Shown here piece after piece: positions 11,602-22,090 of a DNA stretch of 64,000 nucleotides. How positions within the stretch are numbered: the first letter of the stretch is position 1; every line of letters starts with the position of its first letter. The stretch is taken from NCBI GenBank assembly GCA_963815195.1, contig CAWFGE010000008.1, positions 416,001 through 480,000 of the forward strand, given 5' to 3'. The notes beneath the pieces were generated by a model. The model was given only the letters and a program-made list of their open reading frames with translations, was not told the DNA's origin and searched no databases. The DNA comes from an uncultured Planctomycetaceae bacterium (GTDB lineage Bacteria > Planctomycetota > Planctomycetia > Planctomycetales > Planctomycetaceae). Position numbers and translations under genes: made by a program.

Positions 11602-13340
11602 CAGTTGGGGTTCCCTTCGTTACGCCACGCTTCCTTTGCTTCGCTTACTGTCTGCTGATGTGGTAACGAAGACGCGTGAGCTTTGCCCCGCTTCGGCTCC
11701 ACCGCCAAAGCAGCGTCGACAATCGTCTGCGCTTCTTCCAGGATGCGGTCCAGGTGATCCACTCCCTTGAAGCTCTCCACATAAATCTTGTAGATATTCT
11801 CGGTCCCTGACGGGCGCGCCGCGAACCAACCACTTTCGGTAATGACCTTCATCCCACCGATGGAAGCGCCGTTGCCCGGTGCGTGAGTGAAGACATTCAC
11901 GATCTTTTCGCCCGCCAGTTCGGTGAGTTTGATTTTCTCGGGCGAGAGTGTCGCCAACAGAGCCTTTTGCTCCGGGGTGGCCGGCGCCTCGACACGGTCG
12001 TAAACAGGCTCACCGAACTCGCGCGTAAGTTCCTGGTAAAGCTCGCCAGGATCGCGACCCATTCGGGCCGTGATCTCGGCCGCAAGTAAAGCCGGAATGA
12101 TTCCATCTTTGTCCGTCGTCCAGATAGTGCCGTCCAGTCGGAGGAAAGACGCTCCCGCGCTCTCTTCTCCGCCAAAGCCCAATGAACCGTCGAGCAATCC
12201 ATCCACAAACCACTTGAAGCCGACCGGTACCTCATAAAGCTTCCGCCCGAGCTTCGCAGCGACGCGATCAATCATCTGACTGCTCACCACTGTCTTGCCG
12301 ATCACCGCATCCTTGTTCCAATTCGGCCGGTGTTGGAAGAGATAGAAAATGGCGACTGAAAGGTAGTGATTGGGCGGCAGCAAGCCCGCGCTGCGGGTCA
12401 CGATTCCGTGCCGGTCATGGTCGGTATCGCAGGCGAAGGCGACGTCGAATTGGTCTTTCAGCCCGATCAACCGCGTCATCGCATAGGGCGAAGAGGGGTC
12501 CATGCGGATCTGGCCGTCCCAATCGACGGTCATGAAACGGAAGGTCGGATCGACTTCCTTGTTGACGATCGTCAGGTTCAGTCCGAATCGCTCGGCAATC
12601 GGTTCCCAGTAGTGGACCCCCGCGCCTCCGAGCGGATCGACTCCCAAGCTGATCTTCGCGCCGCGAAGGAAGTCCATATCGAGCACGTTGGCGAGATCGG
12701 CAATGTACGCATTGAGATAGTCGTGCCGGTGGGTGGTCGAGGCCCGCAGTGCTTTCTCATACGGAACTCTGCTAACGCCCCGCAAGCCGCTCTCCAGAAA
12801 TTCGTTCGCCCTCGACTCGATCCAGTTCGTGACGGCTTGTTCCGCTGGCCCGCCATGTGGCGGGTTGTACTTGAGACCGCCGTCATGGGGCGGGTTGTGT
12901 GAAGGCGTGATCACGATCCCGTCAGCGAGACCTGTTTTCCGCCTGCGGTTGTACGTCAGAATCGCGTGGGAAACGGCCGGGGTCGGGGTGTACTCATCCC
13001 CTTCTGCGAGCATGACTTCCACGCCGTTGCCGGCCAGCACCTCCAGCGTGGTGGCTGCGGCCGACACGGAGAGAGCATGCGTATCCATTCCGAGGAACAG
13101 TGGGCCGTCGATCTTTTGCTCTGCCCGATACAGGCAAACAGCCTGACTGATGGCGAGGATATGCTGCTCGTTAAAGGCCCTATCGAACGCGGAACCGCGA
13201 TGCCCCGAGGTGCCGAACGCGACCCGCTGTTCTGGCACCGAAGGATCTGGCGTCTCGACATAATAAGCCGTTACAAGTTTCGGCACATTCACCAGCATGG
13301 CAGGTTCAGCTGGTTTTCCCGCAGACGGGCTCACTTTCAT
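11601..13340 (-). CDS. pgm: Phosphoglucomutase (alpha-D-glucose-1,6-bisphosphate dependent)
   Basis: FGTSGHRG, TPSHNPP, DTDHDRHG, GEESAG and RPSGTE; TGATG overlap with glgP. Confidence 0.95.
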   Translation of the reverse strand: MKVSPSAGKPAEPAMLVNVPKLVTAYYVETPDPSVPEQRVAFGTSGHRGSAFDRAFNEQHILAISQAVCLYRAEQKIDGPLFLGMDTHALSVSAAATTLEVLAGNGVEVMLAEGDEYTPTPAVSHAILTYNRRRKTGLADGIVITPSHNPPHDGGLKYNPPHGGPAEQAVTNWIESRANEFLESGLRGVSRVPYEKALRASTTHRHDYLNAYIADLANVLDMDFLRGAKISLGVDPLGGAGVHYWEPIAERFGLNLTIVNKEVDPTFRFMTVDWDGQIRMDPSSPYAMTRLIGLKDQFDVAFACDTDHDRHGIVTRSAGLLPPNHYLSVAIFYLFQHRPNWNKDAVIGKTVVSSQMIDRVAAKLGRKLYEVPVGFKWFVDGLLDGSLGFGGEESAGASFLRLDGTIWTTDKDGIIPALLAAEITARMGRDPGELYQELTREFGEPVYDRVEAPATPEQKALLATLSPEKIKLTELAGEKIVNVFTHAPGNGASIGGMKVITESGWFAARPSGTENIYKIYVESFKGVDHLDRILEEAQTIVDAALAVEPKRGKAHASSLPHQQTVSEAKEAWRNEGNPN

Positions 13341-13841
13341 GGCAATTCCCCGACCTCCCGCGGTGACGAATCCACACAGTTTCTATCAGCTTCCCGACTC
13401 TCCAGCGCCCGCACCTTAGCCAGCCGGCGATTGTGGCGCTCGGCGCCGCTGAAAGTCGCGGCGAGAAACGTCTCGATCAGTTCGCAGGCAAGCGCAGACC
13501 CAATCACTTTTCCGCCCAGACAAATCACATTCATGTCGTCATCCTCAACGCCCTGATGCGCCGAGAAAACATCATGGATGAGCCCGGCACGCACGCCAGG
13601 AACTTTGTTCGCGGCAACGGACGCTCCCACGCCGCTGCCGCAGATCGCCACTCCGCGTTCCACCTCTCCCGCAGCGACGGCTCTGGCCAGGGGAATGATG
13701 AAGTCGGGATAGTCATCTCCGGGGGTCAGTTGGTGTGCGCCGAAGTCGACGACCTCGTACCCCGAGCCACGTAGCGACGCGGCCACCTCGCCTTTCAAAG
13801 TCAAACCCTCCGTGGTCCGCGGCGATTCCCACGCGCATCAT
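13337..13841 (-). CDS. rpiB: Ribose-5-phosphate isomerase B, with a +1 indel near 13800
   Basis: N-terminus [12 protein letters not shown] lies in a different frame from LKGEV...DDYPDF...[19 protein letters not shown]...[12 protein letters not shown] overlap with the tkt stop. Confidence 0.9.
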
Positions 13842-15883
13842 GTTTTCTCCTGATGTTGGCGAAGCAAGTCGCGGGCTTGCCGGCAGACATTCTCTACGGT
13901 AAATCCATAGTGCTGCATCACGACCGCCCCGGGAGCAGACGCCCCGAAGGTGTCCACCCCGATCACGGTGATCTGGCGTCCGATATAGGAGTTCCAGCCG
14001 AGGGACGCGCCCGCCTCAATTGCCAACAGAGGAATTCCCGGCGGCAAGATCGTGTCACGATACTCGTCGGACTGCTTCGAGAAGACGTTTGTACTTGGCA
14101 GACTGACGACCCGGCAATGAAGGTCTTCCTTCGCCAGTTGCTCACGGGCCTCCAGCGCCAGATGGACTTCCGAGCCGGTCGCAATCAGAATGATGTCGGG
14201 AGCCGCACCCGGCGGAGAGTCCGCGAGGACATAGCCACCCAGCGGTACTCCCGCGGGGATGCCCGGATAGCGGGCCAGATCGAGCACCGGGAGCCCCTGG
14301 CGCGTCAACACGAGGGCCACGGGACCCTCCCTCCGCTCAATGGCCATCCGCCAGGCGGCAACCGTCTCGTTGGCATCTGCTGGCCGGATGACAATCATGC
14401 CGGGGATCGACCGCAATCCCAGGAGTTGTTCGACCGGCTGATGTGTCGGACCATCCTCTCCCATGGCGATGCTGTCATGGGTGAAGAGATAGATCACCGG
14501 CAGGCCGTTCATCGCCGCCAGACGCATCGGAGGACGCATATAGTCGCTGAAGACCAGGAAGGTCGCTCCAAAGGGAATGACACCGCGGTGCAATGCCATG
14601 CCATTCAGGATAGCGCCCATGGCATGCTCCCGGATGCCGAAGTGCATATTGCGTCCCGCCCGGTTGTTCGGCTCGAAGTTCCCGGCCCCGTCCATGTTCG
14701 TGTGGGTGCTGGGAGCAAGATCGGCGGAGCCTCCCATCATTTCGGGCAGCCGAGAGTTCAAAACGGCGATTGTCTTTCCCGACGCAATCCGGGTGGCCAT
14801 CGGGCCGTCGTCTGCGTTGAACGTCGGGAGAATGGCGTCCCAACCTTGCGGAAGCTGGCGCTGCATAACCCGTTGAAACTCTGCGGCGAGTTCAGGGTGT
14901 TCGTTCGCATAAGCCTCAAAACGCTGCGCCCATTCCGCCTGCTGGGCACTTCCTCGCGCGTTCGCTTCCCGGAAATGCTCCAGGGCCTCCGCAGGAATAT
15001 AGAAAGGAGGTTCCACCGGCCAGCCCATCCGCTCTTTGGTTAAACGGACCTCCTCCAAACCGAGTGGCTCCCCGTGGGCCGCCGCAGTGTCCTGTTTGTG
15101 GGGACTGCCGAAGCCGATATGGGTCCGAACTTGAATCAAGGAAGGCTGGCCCGTTTCTTTCCGGGCAGCCTGCAGCGCGAGGGTAACCGCGTCGATGTCG
15201 TTGCCATTTTCGATTCGCTGGACGTGCCAACCGAAAGCGGCGAAACGGGCCATGCGGTCTTCGGTAAAGGCCAGTTCCGTGCTGCCTTCGATCGTGATGT
15301 GGTTGTCGGCATAGAGGACGATGAGCTTGCCCAGGCGCAGGTGGCCGGCCACTGATCCGGCCTCCGAAGAGATCCCTTCCTCCAAGTCGCCATCGCTGGC
15401 CAAAACGTAGGTGTAGTGGTCGACGATTTGGTGACCGGGACGATTGAACCGCGCGGCAAGTGCCACCTCCGTGATGGCCATGCCCACGGCGTTGGCGAAG
15501 CCTTGCCCCAAGGGACCTGTGGTGGCTTCGACGCCGGGAGTCTTGCCATATTCCGGATGGCCTGGGGTACGGCTGCCCCACTGGCGAAACTTCGTGAGTT
15601 CCTCCAGCGGCAAGTCGAAGCCTGTGACATGCAGCAGCGCGTACAACAGCGCACTTCCATGTCCGGCCGAAAGCACGAAGCGGTCCCGGTCGGGCCAGAG
15701 CGGATCACGCGGGTTGAACTTGAGCACGCGATCCCAGAGCGCATAGGCCATAGCCGCCGAACCCAAGGGAAGCCCGGGGTGCCCGGAGTTGGCCTTCTGC
15801 ACCATGTCCACCGCCAGGAAGCGGAGCGTGTTGATACAAACCTCATCCAGTACGGGCGAAGAAAGATCGGTCGACGGCTTCAT
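13838..15883 (-). CDS. tkt: Transketolase (single chain)
   Basis: [46 protein letters not shown] and [16 protein letters not shown]. Confidence 0.96.
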   Translation of the reverse strand: MKPSTDLSSPVLDEVCINTLRFLAVDMVQKANSGHPGLPLGSAAMAYALWDRVLKFNPRDPLWPDRDRFVLSAGHGSALLYALLHVTGFDLPLEELTKFRQWGSRTPGHPEYGKTPGVEATTGPLGQGFANAVGMAITEVALAARFNRPGHQIVDHYTYVLASDGDLEEGISSEAGSVAGHLRLGKLIVLYADNHITIEGSTELAFTEDRMARFAAFGWHVQRIENGNDIDAVTLALQAARKETGQPSLIQVRTHIGFGSPHKQDTAAAHGEPLGLEEVRLTKERMGWPVEPPFYIPAEALEHFREANARGSAQQAEWAQRFEAYANEHPELAAEFQRVMQRQLPQGWDAILPTFNADDGPMATRIASGKTIAVLNSRLPEMMGGSADLAPSTHTNMDGAGNFEPNNRAGRNMHFGIREHAMGAILNGMALHRGVIPFGATFLVFSDYMRPPMRLAAMNGLPVIYLFTHDSIAMGEDGPTHQPVEQLLGLRSIPGMIVIRPADANETVAAWRMAIERREGPVALVLTRQGLPVLDLARYPGIPAGVPLGGYVLADSPPGAAPDIILIATGSEVHLALEAREQLAKEDLHCRVVSLPSTNVFSKQSDEYRDTILPPGIPLLAIEAGASLGWNSYIGRQITVIGVDTFGASAPGAVVMQHYGFTVENVCRQARDLLRQHQEKT

Positions 15884-15897
15884 GCTGGCGATCCTTG

Positions 15898-16431
15898 TTA
15901 TACGCTCGCTTTGGCGGCCTCGGCATGGACCGTCATTGTTTGCGATTGAGTCTGATGCAGGAGATCCTTGGCACGTTGGACTTCCTCGGCCGTTCCGTGG
16001 ACGACCAGGAGAAGTTTGTCGTTCTTAATCTCGGTCTCGTATCGCAAGACGCTATCCTTCGGGATGCCGATGCTGTACAGCGCGGCGCCCAGCGCGGTGA
16101 ATCCACCCGTCACGACGGCGCCTTCGAGCGCGCCAACGATCGACATGGCGAGCGGCCCCGCCACGAGTAACGGACCAATCCCCGGCACCCAGAAGAATGC
16201 CGAACCAAACAGCAGCCCCCAGAAGCCGCCCCAGAACGCGCCCAACTTCCCCCAGTACTTCATGCGGTCGCCTGCGTTGTAGTACCCGACGACGTGTTCG
16301 TCCGTGTGGTAATCCTTGCCGACGATCGACAGCGTCTTCATATCGAAGCCGCTCTTCTGGAGTTCACGGATGGCTTCTTCCGCTTTCTCGTGAGAATGAA
16401 AGATAGCGACAGCAGCTTGTGTGTTGGACAT
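15898..16431 (-). CDS. General stress protein (YflT/DUF1269-like, Gly-rich membrane hairpin)
   Basis: [49 protein letters not shown] and [10 protein letters not shown]. Confidence 0.75.
   Translation of the reverse strand: MSNTQAAVAIFHSHEKAEEAIRELQKSGFDMKTLSIVGKDYHTDEHVVGYYNAGDRMKYWGKLGAFWGGFWGLLFGSAFFWVPGIGPLLVAGPLAMSIVGALEGAVVTGGFTALGAALYSIGIPKDSVLRYETEIKNDKLLLVVHGTAEEVQRAKDLLHQTQSQTMTVHAEAAKASV
15960..16046 (+). repeat. 87-bp direct repeat, copy 1 (3' part of the stress-protein gene)
   Basis: Matches 20651-20737 with one mismatch. Confidence 0.95.
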
Positions 16432-16795
16432 GGATTGATTCCCAATGCTCTAAACTAAAGGACCGCGTTAAAAGTCTCCGATCGACCATCGATCGGACTT
16501 TAGATAGTTGTGTATGACATCCGTCAAGTAACGACGCGTGAGGATGACAGGTTGGAAGCTAAATGCGGCGTATGTATTTGAAGTCACTGATGATGGGACT
16601 CCGCTTCCCAAAGTAAAAAGGCGCCACGGTCCGCAACCCGAGAATTCCGCTCGCATCGTTACTCGCTCATCACGACATTCGGAACCTCCATACCAAGCGA
16701 CGGCAACAACCGTCTTTTGTGGGTTGTAGGAAACCTCGATCTCTTTGCCAACGATTGCCCGGCCCAAGACCGGTGCCCGCTTCTTGTAGCAGAGG

Positions 16796-17663
16796 TCACG
16801 CGGCGGGTTGGCACATCTGGTCAACGGATGTTGCGGGGACGCCGAGTTCGGTGGCGACCGCGTCGACCGCTTGCCGGGCGACGTTGAGGTCGACCCGACC
16901 GTCGGAGCTGTAATAGGGGCCGATGTAACGTTCGTAGAATTGCTGAACTTCATCACGAGTCAACCGGTTGAGGAACAAGGCGATATAGTCGATGGCCAAC
17001 TGGGGTCGTTCGGCGATTGTGAGAAGGGCGCGCTGGTTGGCGCCGCACTAGGGCCTTTAGCGCCGGCGTGTCGAGCGGGATCCGAGCGGGGTCCACGACG
17101 ATTCCCACGGTGGGGATCTGGAAATGGTCGCCGACCCACGACAGGACCGAAAAGCCCTCCTCGCGGGCAACCTGTTCAGGTGAAAGGGTGCTGCCCACGT
17201 AGGCCGCATCCATCGAACCGTCGCGAAGGCGCCGCAGATCCATCTGGTAGTCACCCGGGAATCGCGGCACGCATTGCAAGTCGTGATCGGGGTCGAGACC
17301 GTGCTTACGCAGCACGATCCGCGCAAAACAGCCGGGTGCGGTGCGGGGTGGGTGGACCGCGAGTCGGCGTCCCCTCAGATCCTCCATGGACTTCACCTCG
17401 CCACGCCCGATGAACCAGAACAGCGGATGATGAGTGTTGACGGCCAGCGCAGTCCATTGGATGCCATCGGTCAGCCGCGACAACAAGGTCCGGCCCAAAC
17501 CGATGGTTGCGCCGCCGCCCAGGCGCTCGATGTCCCACTTGATTCCGTCGCGGACGGCGACGTGGATACCTTCCTCCTCGAAATATCCCTCCTGATCGGC
17601 CACATACGCGATCAGTTCTTCGTGGATACCACGCCCTACGTAGGCCAGATCGATTGTGTTCAT
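16796..17663 (-). CDS. ABC transporter substrate-binding protein (NMT1/SsuA-like), frameshifted near 17040
   Basis: YVADQEGYFEEEG and VKSMEDLRGRRLAV in 16953..17663; C-terminal part in 16796..16999. No permease or ATPase gene is adjacent. Confidence 0.7.
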
Positions 17664-17950
17664 GGGGATCGCCCTTCTCCTTATCTCGGAATGTGCGCTC
17701 GCGCACGTCGTGTTCAGTCCATTGCCAGGCCGCCGTTGACCGGAAGGTAATGGCCAGTGGTGAAACCAGAATCCTCACTTGCCAAGAACGCCACCGTCTT
17801 GGCGACATCGTCGGGACGGACCAGCCGTCGCATCGGCGCGGCCGCGGCTAACTCGCGCAACCGCTCGGCCGTGAATTGCTCGGTAACCCTGGTTCCCTCC
17901 ACCGTGGCCGGTGCGACGAGGTTGGCGGTAACCCCGTGCGGTGCCAGCTC

Positions 17951-19420
17951 CCACCCCTTTCAACATGTTAGATTTTTGCTATAAGTCGCTTCTACAGGGA
18001 TTGTTGTATCAAACCTTATGGAGGCGGCAAGGATGTGGCCCGACGCTGTGCTTGATCGTTTTGTGGAACAATGTCCAGCAGCAGTGATGGTTCGAGCGAC
18101 GCTCGAGAATCTTGTGTCGCCGGATCGCCTGGATGAGATTTTCGCCGACGCTTCGCAGAGACAATACGAGAAAGAATTGCTGTTTTCGCAAGTGGTGGCC
18201 CTGATGATGGGCGTGGCGACGCGGACGCACAAGTCGGTCCATGCCGGGTACTTGGCGGCCAAGGAGCAACTGGCGGTTTCGCCGGCCGCACTTTATGGCA
18301 AGTTGAACCGTCTGGAACCCGGCCTTTCGGCGACGATGATCCGGGAAACGAGCCAGGACGCGGCTCAAGTCATCGATTCCATGCCGGGAGCGTGCCGCGA
18401 ACTTTTGCCGGGCTATCACGTGCAGTATTTGGATGGGAATCATTTGGCGGCGACTGAGCATCGGCTGGCGGAATTGCGCGTCACGCGGGAAGGCCCTTTG
18501 CCCGGCCAGACCCTGGCGCTTCTGGATGCGCAGCGGGATCTGATTTCGGAACTGCTTCCGTGTGAAGACGGCCATGCCCAGGAACGTTCGCTTCTGCCGG
18601 AGCTTCTGGAATGGATCCGGGCCGAGACAGTGACAATCGCCGACCGGAACTTCTGCACGACCAAGTTTCTGTTTGGAATTGTCAAGCAGTCGGCCTACTT
18701 TGTCATTCGCCAACACGCTTCGACACTCACCTGGAAACTCGTCGGTCGCCGGAAACGCATCGGACGCATCGAAACGGGTGTTGTTTTCGAGCAGTCGGCC
18801 GAGCTGTCCCAGGGTGAAGAGACGTTGCGAGTCCGGCGGATCACCATCCAATTGGATACGCCCACAGAGAATGGTGACACTGAGATTCACATCCTGACCA
18901 ACTTGCCTGTCAAAGTCGCCAATGCGCGAAAAGTGGCTTTTCTGTATCGCAAGCGCTGGACGATTGAAGAAGCCTTCCAAACTCTGACCGAGGTGTTGCG
19001 CTGCGAAGTGGAGACGCTGGGCTACCCCAAGGCGGCGCTGTTCGCCTTCGCCACGGCGGTTTTGGCTTATAACACCTATGCCGTGGTGAAAGCGGCGCTG
19101 CGATCGGTTCACGGTGAAGAAACGATCGATGAAGAGCTGTCGGACTACCACCTGACGCAGGACGTGACTGCCACGACGGTGGGCATGAACATTGCCGTGG
19201 ACGCCGAAGCCTGGCAACACTATCAAATCATGTCTGCTGGAAAACTTGCGAGCGAGTTGGTGCGACTTGCTACACGCATCGACTTGACGCGTTACCCCAA
19301 AAAGAAACGCGGGCCGAAAAAACCACAGCCTCGAAAAAAGAGCGGCAAACGGAATCACCATATCTCCACCGCGCGAACTCTGGCCAAATCCAGGGGTAAG
19401 TGACATGTTGAAAGGGGTGG
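17951..19420 (+). mobile_element. IS4-family insertion sequence
   Basis: Perfect 18-bp terminal inverted repeats CCACCCCTTTCAACATGT. Target duplication GTGCCAGCTC (17941-17950 / 19421-19430), or 12 bp if each end is read 1 nt further in. Confidence 0.93.
18018..19403 (+). CDS. IS4-family DDE transposase
   Basis: LDGNHL, IADRNF and LYRKRWTIEEAFQTL (YREK-type) motifs; the stop overlaps the right IR. Confidence 0.92.
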   Translation: MEAARMWPDAVLDRFVEQCPAAVMVRATLENLVSPDRLDEIFADASQRQYEKELLFSQVVALMMGVATRTHKSVHAGYLAAKEQLAVSPAALYGKLNRLEPGLSATMIRETSQDAAQVIDSMPGACRELLPGYHVQYLDGNHLAATEHRLAELRVTREGPLPGQTLALLDAQRDLISELLPCEDGHAQERSLLPELLEWIRAETVTIADRNFCTTKFLFGIVKQSAYFVIRQHASTLTWKLVGRRKRIGRIETGVVFEQSAELSQGEETLRVRRITIQLDTPTENGDTEIHILTNLPVKVANARKVAFLYRKRWTIEEAFQTLTEVLRCEVETLGYPKAALFAFATAVLAYNTYAVVKAALRSVHGEETIDEELSDYHLTQDVTATTVGMNIAVDAEAWQHYQIMSAGKLASELVRLATRIDLTRYPKKKRGPKKPQPRKKSGKRNHHISTARTLAKSRGK

Positions 19421-20353
19421 GTGCCAGCTCCATAGCGACGTACCGTACGAACTGGTCCAGGGCGGCCTTCGCGGTGCCCAGCGTGATCATCCCCTCACGC
19501 GCATGACGCGATAGCCCGGTACTCAGATAGATCAGCCGACCGTATCCGCGCGAAACCATTCCCGGTACAACGGTCTTCGTTATCAGGAACGCGGCACGCA
19601 GCTCGCTGTCCAGCTTGCCGCCGAGCTGCTCCCAGCTCAATTCGGCAAACGAGGTGACGGCAAACGGAATCAACGCGCTGTGCACGAGCACATCGCTCCC
19701 CCCCACCGCTGATCGATTTCATCGACCATGGCGGTGACGTCGTTGGGCACGGTGACATCGGCTTTAATCGCCACGGCTTCGCCGCCGGCCGCGGCGATGG
19801 TCGCCACCACCTCCTCGGCCTCTGATGCACTGGCGCGGTAGTTGACGACCACCCGATACCCGTGTTCGGCCAGTACCAATGCGGTCGCCGCACCGATTCC
19901 TCGGCTGGCTCCCGTGATCAAGGCGACTCGTACCATCGTCTTTACCTCCTCTTTAGGCTGGCTCCGTTCTCTTGAGGCCCCTCAAGGGCCGTTTTTGCAA
20001 ATGGCGTTTCGCGTAAGCCGCTCACGCCACCCAATTCTCGGACGCCGATCGCTTCGATGACTATTGGATCCCGCTCGGATTCAAGCGAGCGGGATGCGAC
20101 TTCCAGTTATGCGACGTCAGGACCATGAAAGTCTTTGTCGTACTTTCTCCCGTGCTTGAGCGAGTCATGGCTTTCTCCTTCTGAGCTGGGTTAAGAATTC
20201 GAATTTCCACTGGCTTAACGAAATGGGCGAAACGCCGCCCGGAGTTCTTCGTTGGAGCGCTGTGCCTGCTCCCACGCCGCGAAGTGATCCGATTCAATCG
20301 GATGACTCACCACGCTGTTCATGTTACGAGCTGCAAGAAAAAGAAACTATTGG

Positions 20354-20650
20354 GGCTCTTCCGGAAAATAGGGGGGGGCAGATCAGTATTCGATCATTGG
20401 TTCACTATCGGCAGCGTTTGTGTTTGGCAGATTTCGACCTCAGCTCAGGCTCAACAAACGGGGGCCGCCCCGTCCGTCCCGCCGTCGCCTCGACCTTCAG
20501 GGCTGGGGCGAAAGGCCGAGGCGACGGCGAGACGAACGGGGCTAACGACTCGATTTGACGCAAGTGAATGGGGTTTTTCATCTTGTCAGCGTTCCATCTC
20601 CAAAATAGCTCGGACCTAAGCTCTACCCCCCTATTTGTGCCGGATGAGCC
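20354..20650. mobile_element. Miniature/internally deleted IS-like element (297 bp)
   Basis: Imperfect terminal IRs: GGCTCTTCCGGAAAATAGGGGGG at the left end; the reverse complement of the right end is GGCTCATCCGGCACAAATAGGGGGG. No transposase. The right end abuts the 87-bp repeat copy. Confidence 0.55.
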
Positions 20651-20737
20651 GGAGATCCTTGGCACGTTGGGCTTCCTCGGCCGTTCCGTGGACGACCAGG
20701 AGAAGTTTGTCGTTCTTAATCTCGGTCTCGTATCGCA
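20651..20737 (+). repeat. 87-bp direct repeat, copy 2 (orphan fragment of the stress-protein gene)
   Basis: Matches 15960-16046 with one mismatch; encodes [29 protein letters not shown] on the minus strand. Confidence 0.95.
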
Positions 20738-20778
20738 GAGTCCTCAATTCGTGTTGAATTCCGTACGGGTTGAATCCT

Positions 20779-21744
20779 TCAGGCCGGGGCAGCCCTTGCG
20801 GGCAAAGATTTCTCAGACGCCTTGTCCACGGTGTCGTGGCTGGAAGCCGAGTCGAATTGCATGCGGCGCTGCGGATCGGGTTCCGACCGACCGTTGCCCT
20901 GGTGACGACTGTGAGACACCGCGTGGACCGCATCCATGACATCGATCGGAATAGCCAACACCACCGTATTCGAAGAGGTGGGGCCTAACCCGTCGATGGT
21001 CTGCAGAGTTCGCAACTGCATCGCACCGGGACTGGCCGCCATCGTTTTGGCTGCCGCCGCCAGGTTGGTGGATGCCTCGCGATCTCCTTCAGCTTTGGTG
21101 ATCGTCGCGCGTTTCTCACGTTCGGCTGACGCCTGGCGCGACATCATCTTCTTGAGTTCCTCGGGCATATTGATGTCCTGGATCCGGATTCCGGTGACCT
21201 CCAAGCCCCATCCCTCAATGTCTTTCTCCACGTTGTCCGCGATCGCCTTGCCAATCGCTTCTCGCTCGACCAGCAGTTGGTCCAAGGACATTTGACCGAT
21301 GACGTCCCGCAAAGAGGTTTGCGCGTATTGCGAAAGGGCATAGGTGTAGCTTTGCACCTTGATAATCGCATCTGCCACATTGTCGACCTTGAAAAAGAAA
21401 ACCCCGTTGATCGTCACCGGGACGTTATCTTTCGTGATGACCTGCTGGGCGGGGATGTCCGTGGCGCGAATCCGGATATCAACCATGCGGACTTGATCGA
21501 CGAGCGGAATGATCAGGAACAGTCCCGGGCCACGGATGCTGTGGTATTTGCCCAACCGGAACACCACCCCTTGTTCCCACTGCGCGGCCAACTTGATGCT
21601 GGACGCGGCGACGATTGTCCCCACCAACCAAATCGCGGCAAACACCATTGCCCAAAGTGGACTGGTCAGTTCGATCAATAGACCCGCCGCGGCGCCAATG
21701 AGCATCAAGACCACGAACACGAGGCCCGAAATGTAGTTGATCAT
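20779..21744 (-). CDS. SPFH/band-7 (stomatin/slipin) membrane protein
   Basis: Two N-terminal TM segments, VVFRLGK...GPGLFLIIP, QQVITKDNV, AQTSLRDVIG and AMQLRTLQT; RBS GGAGG. Confidence 0.92.
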   Translation of the reverse strand: MINYISGLVFVVLMLIGAAAGLLIELTSPLWAMVFAAIWLVGTIVAASSIKLAAQWEQGVVFRLGKYHSIRGPGLFLIIPLVDQVRMVDIRIRATDIPAQQVITKDNVPVTINGVFFFKVDNVADAIIKVQSYTYALSQYAQTSLRDVIGQMSLDQLLVEREAIGKAIADNVEKDIEGWGLEVTGIRIQDINMPEELKKMMSRQASAEREKRATITKAEGDREASTNLAAAAKTMAASPGAMQLRTLQTIDGLGPTSSNTVVLAIPIDVMDAVHAVSHSRHQGNGRSEPDPQRRMQFDSASSHDTVDKASEKSLPARAAPA

Positions 21745-21786
21745 GCAAACCTCCAAGTGGGTGCCGTTGATCCCGGCACGCGCACG

Positions 21787-21841
21787 AAAAAAGCCGACGT
21801 GGTGGAAGATCCAAGAGATGGACTTTCCACCACGTCGGCTT
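21787..21841 (-). terminator. Intrinsic terminator inside the 5' leader of the SPFH gene
   Basis: Perfect 17-bp stem AAGCCGACGTGGTGGAA / TTCCACCACGTCGGCTT followed on the minus strand by U6, about 43 nt upstream of the ATG at 21744. Confidence 0.85.
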
Positions 21842-22090
21842 ACTCAATAACGCGCCTCCCGCAAAAGCGCGAGCTGCGATTTATCACGTCATCCGAAAAG
21901 GTTGCGGGGCTACGTCACATTGAACGGCGCTCGCGACAGCAGTTATCATAGGGGCGACATTCCGAATGGACAAGGGGGCGCACGTCTTTCTTTCGACTCT
22001 TCAACTCGCCAAAATGGATGCAGCTCGTTTTCTGGGACCTGGCGGTTTCAGGATCCGCTCGTAGCAAAGACGTCTCAATGGGAACGGATT

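Larger units (their letters stand above)
17714..19936 (-). pseudogene. SDR family oxidoreductase interrupted by an IS4-family element
   Basis: VALITGASRGIG at 19936; indel in a C run near 19700. Removing the IS restores YVAMELAPHGVTANLVAP...FLASEDSGFTTGHYLPVNGG. Confidence 0.88.

Noticed and set aside
18009..19706. 565-aa minus-strand ORF as a real protein
   Set aside because: It is the SDR middle section reading into the antisense strand of the IS4 transposase.
20061..20168. Remnant of a PfpI/DJ-1-like gene (RBS + ...FMVLTSHN)
   Set aside because: The similarity rests on about six residues, too little to support a call.
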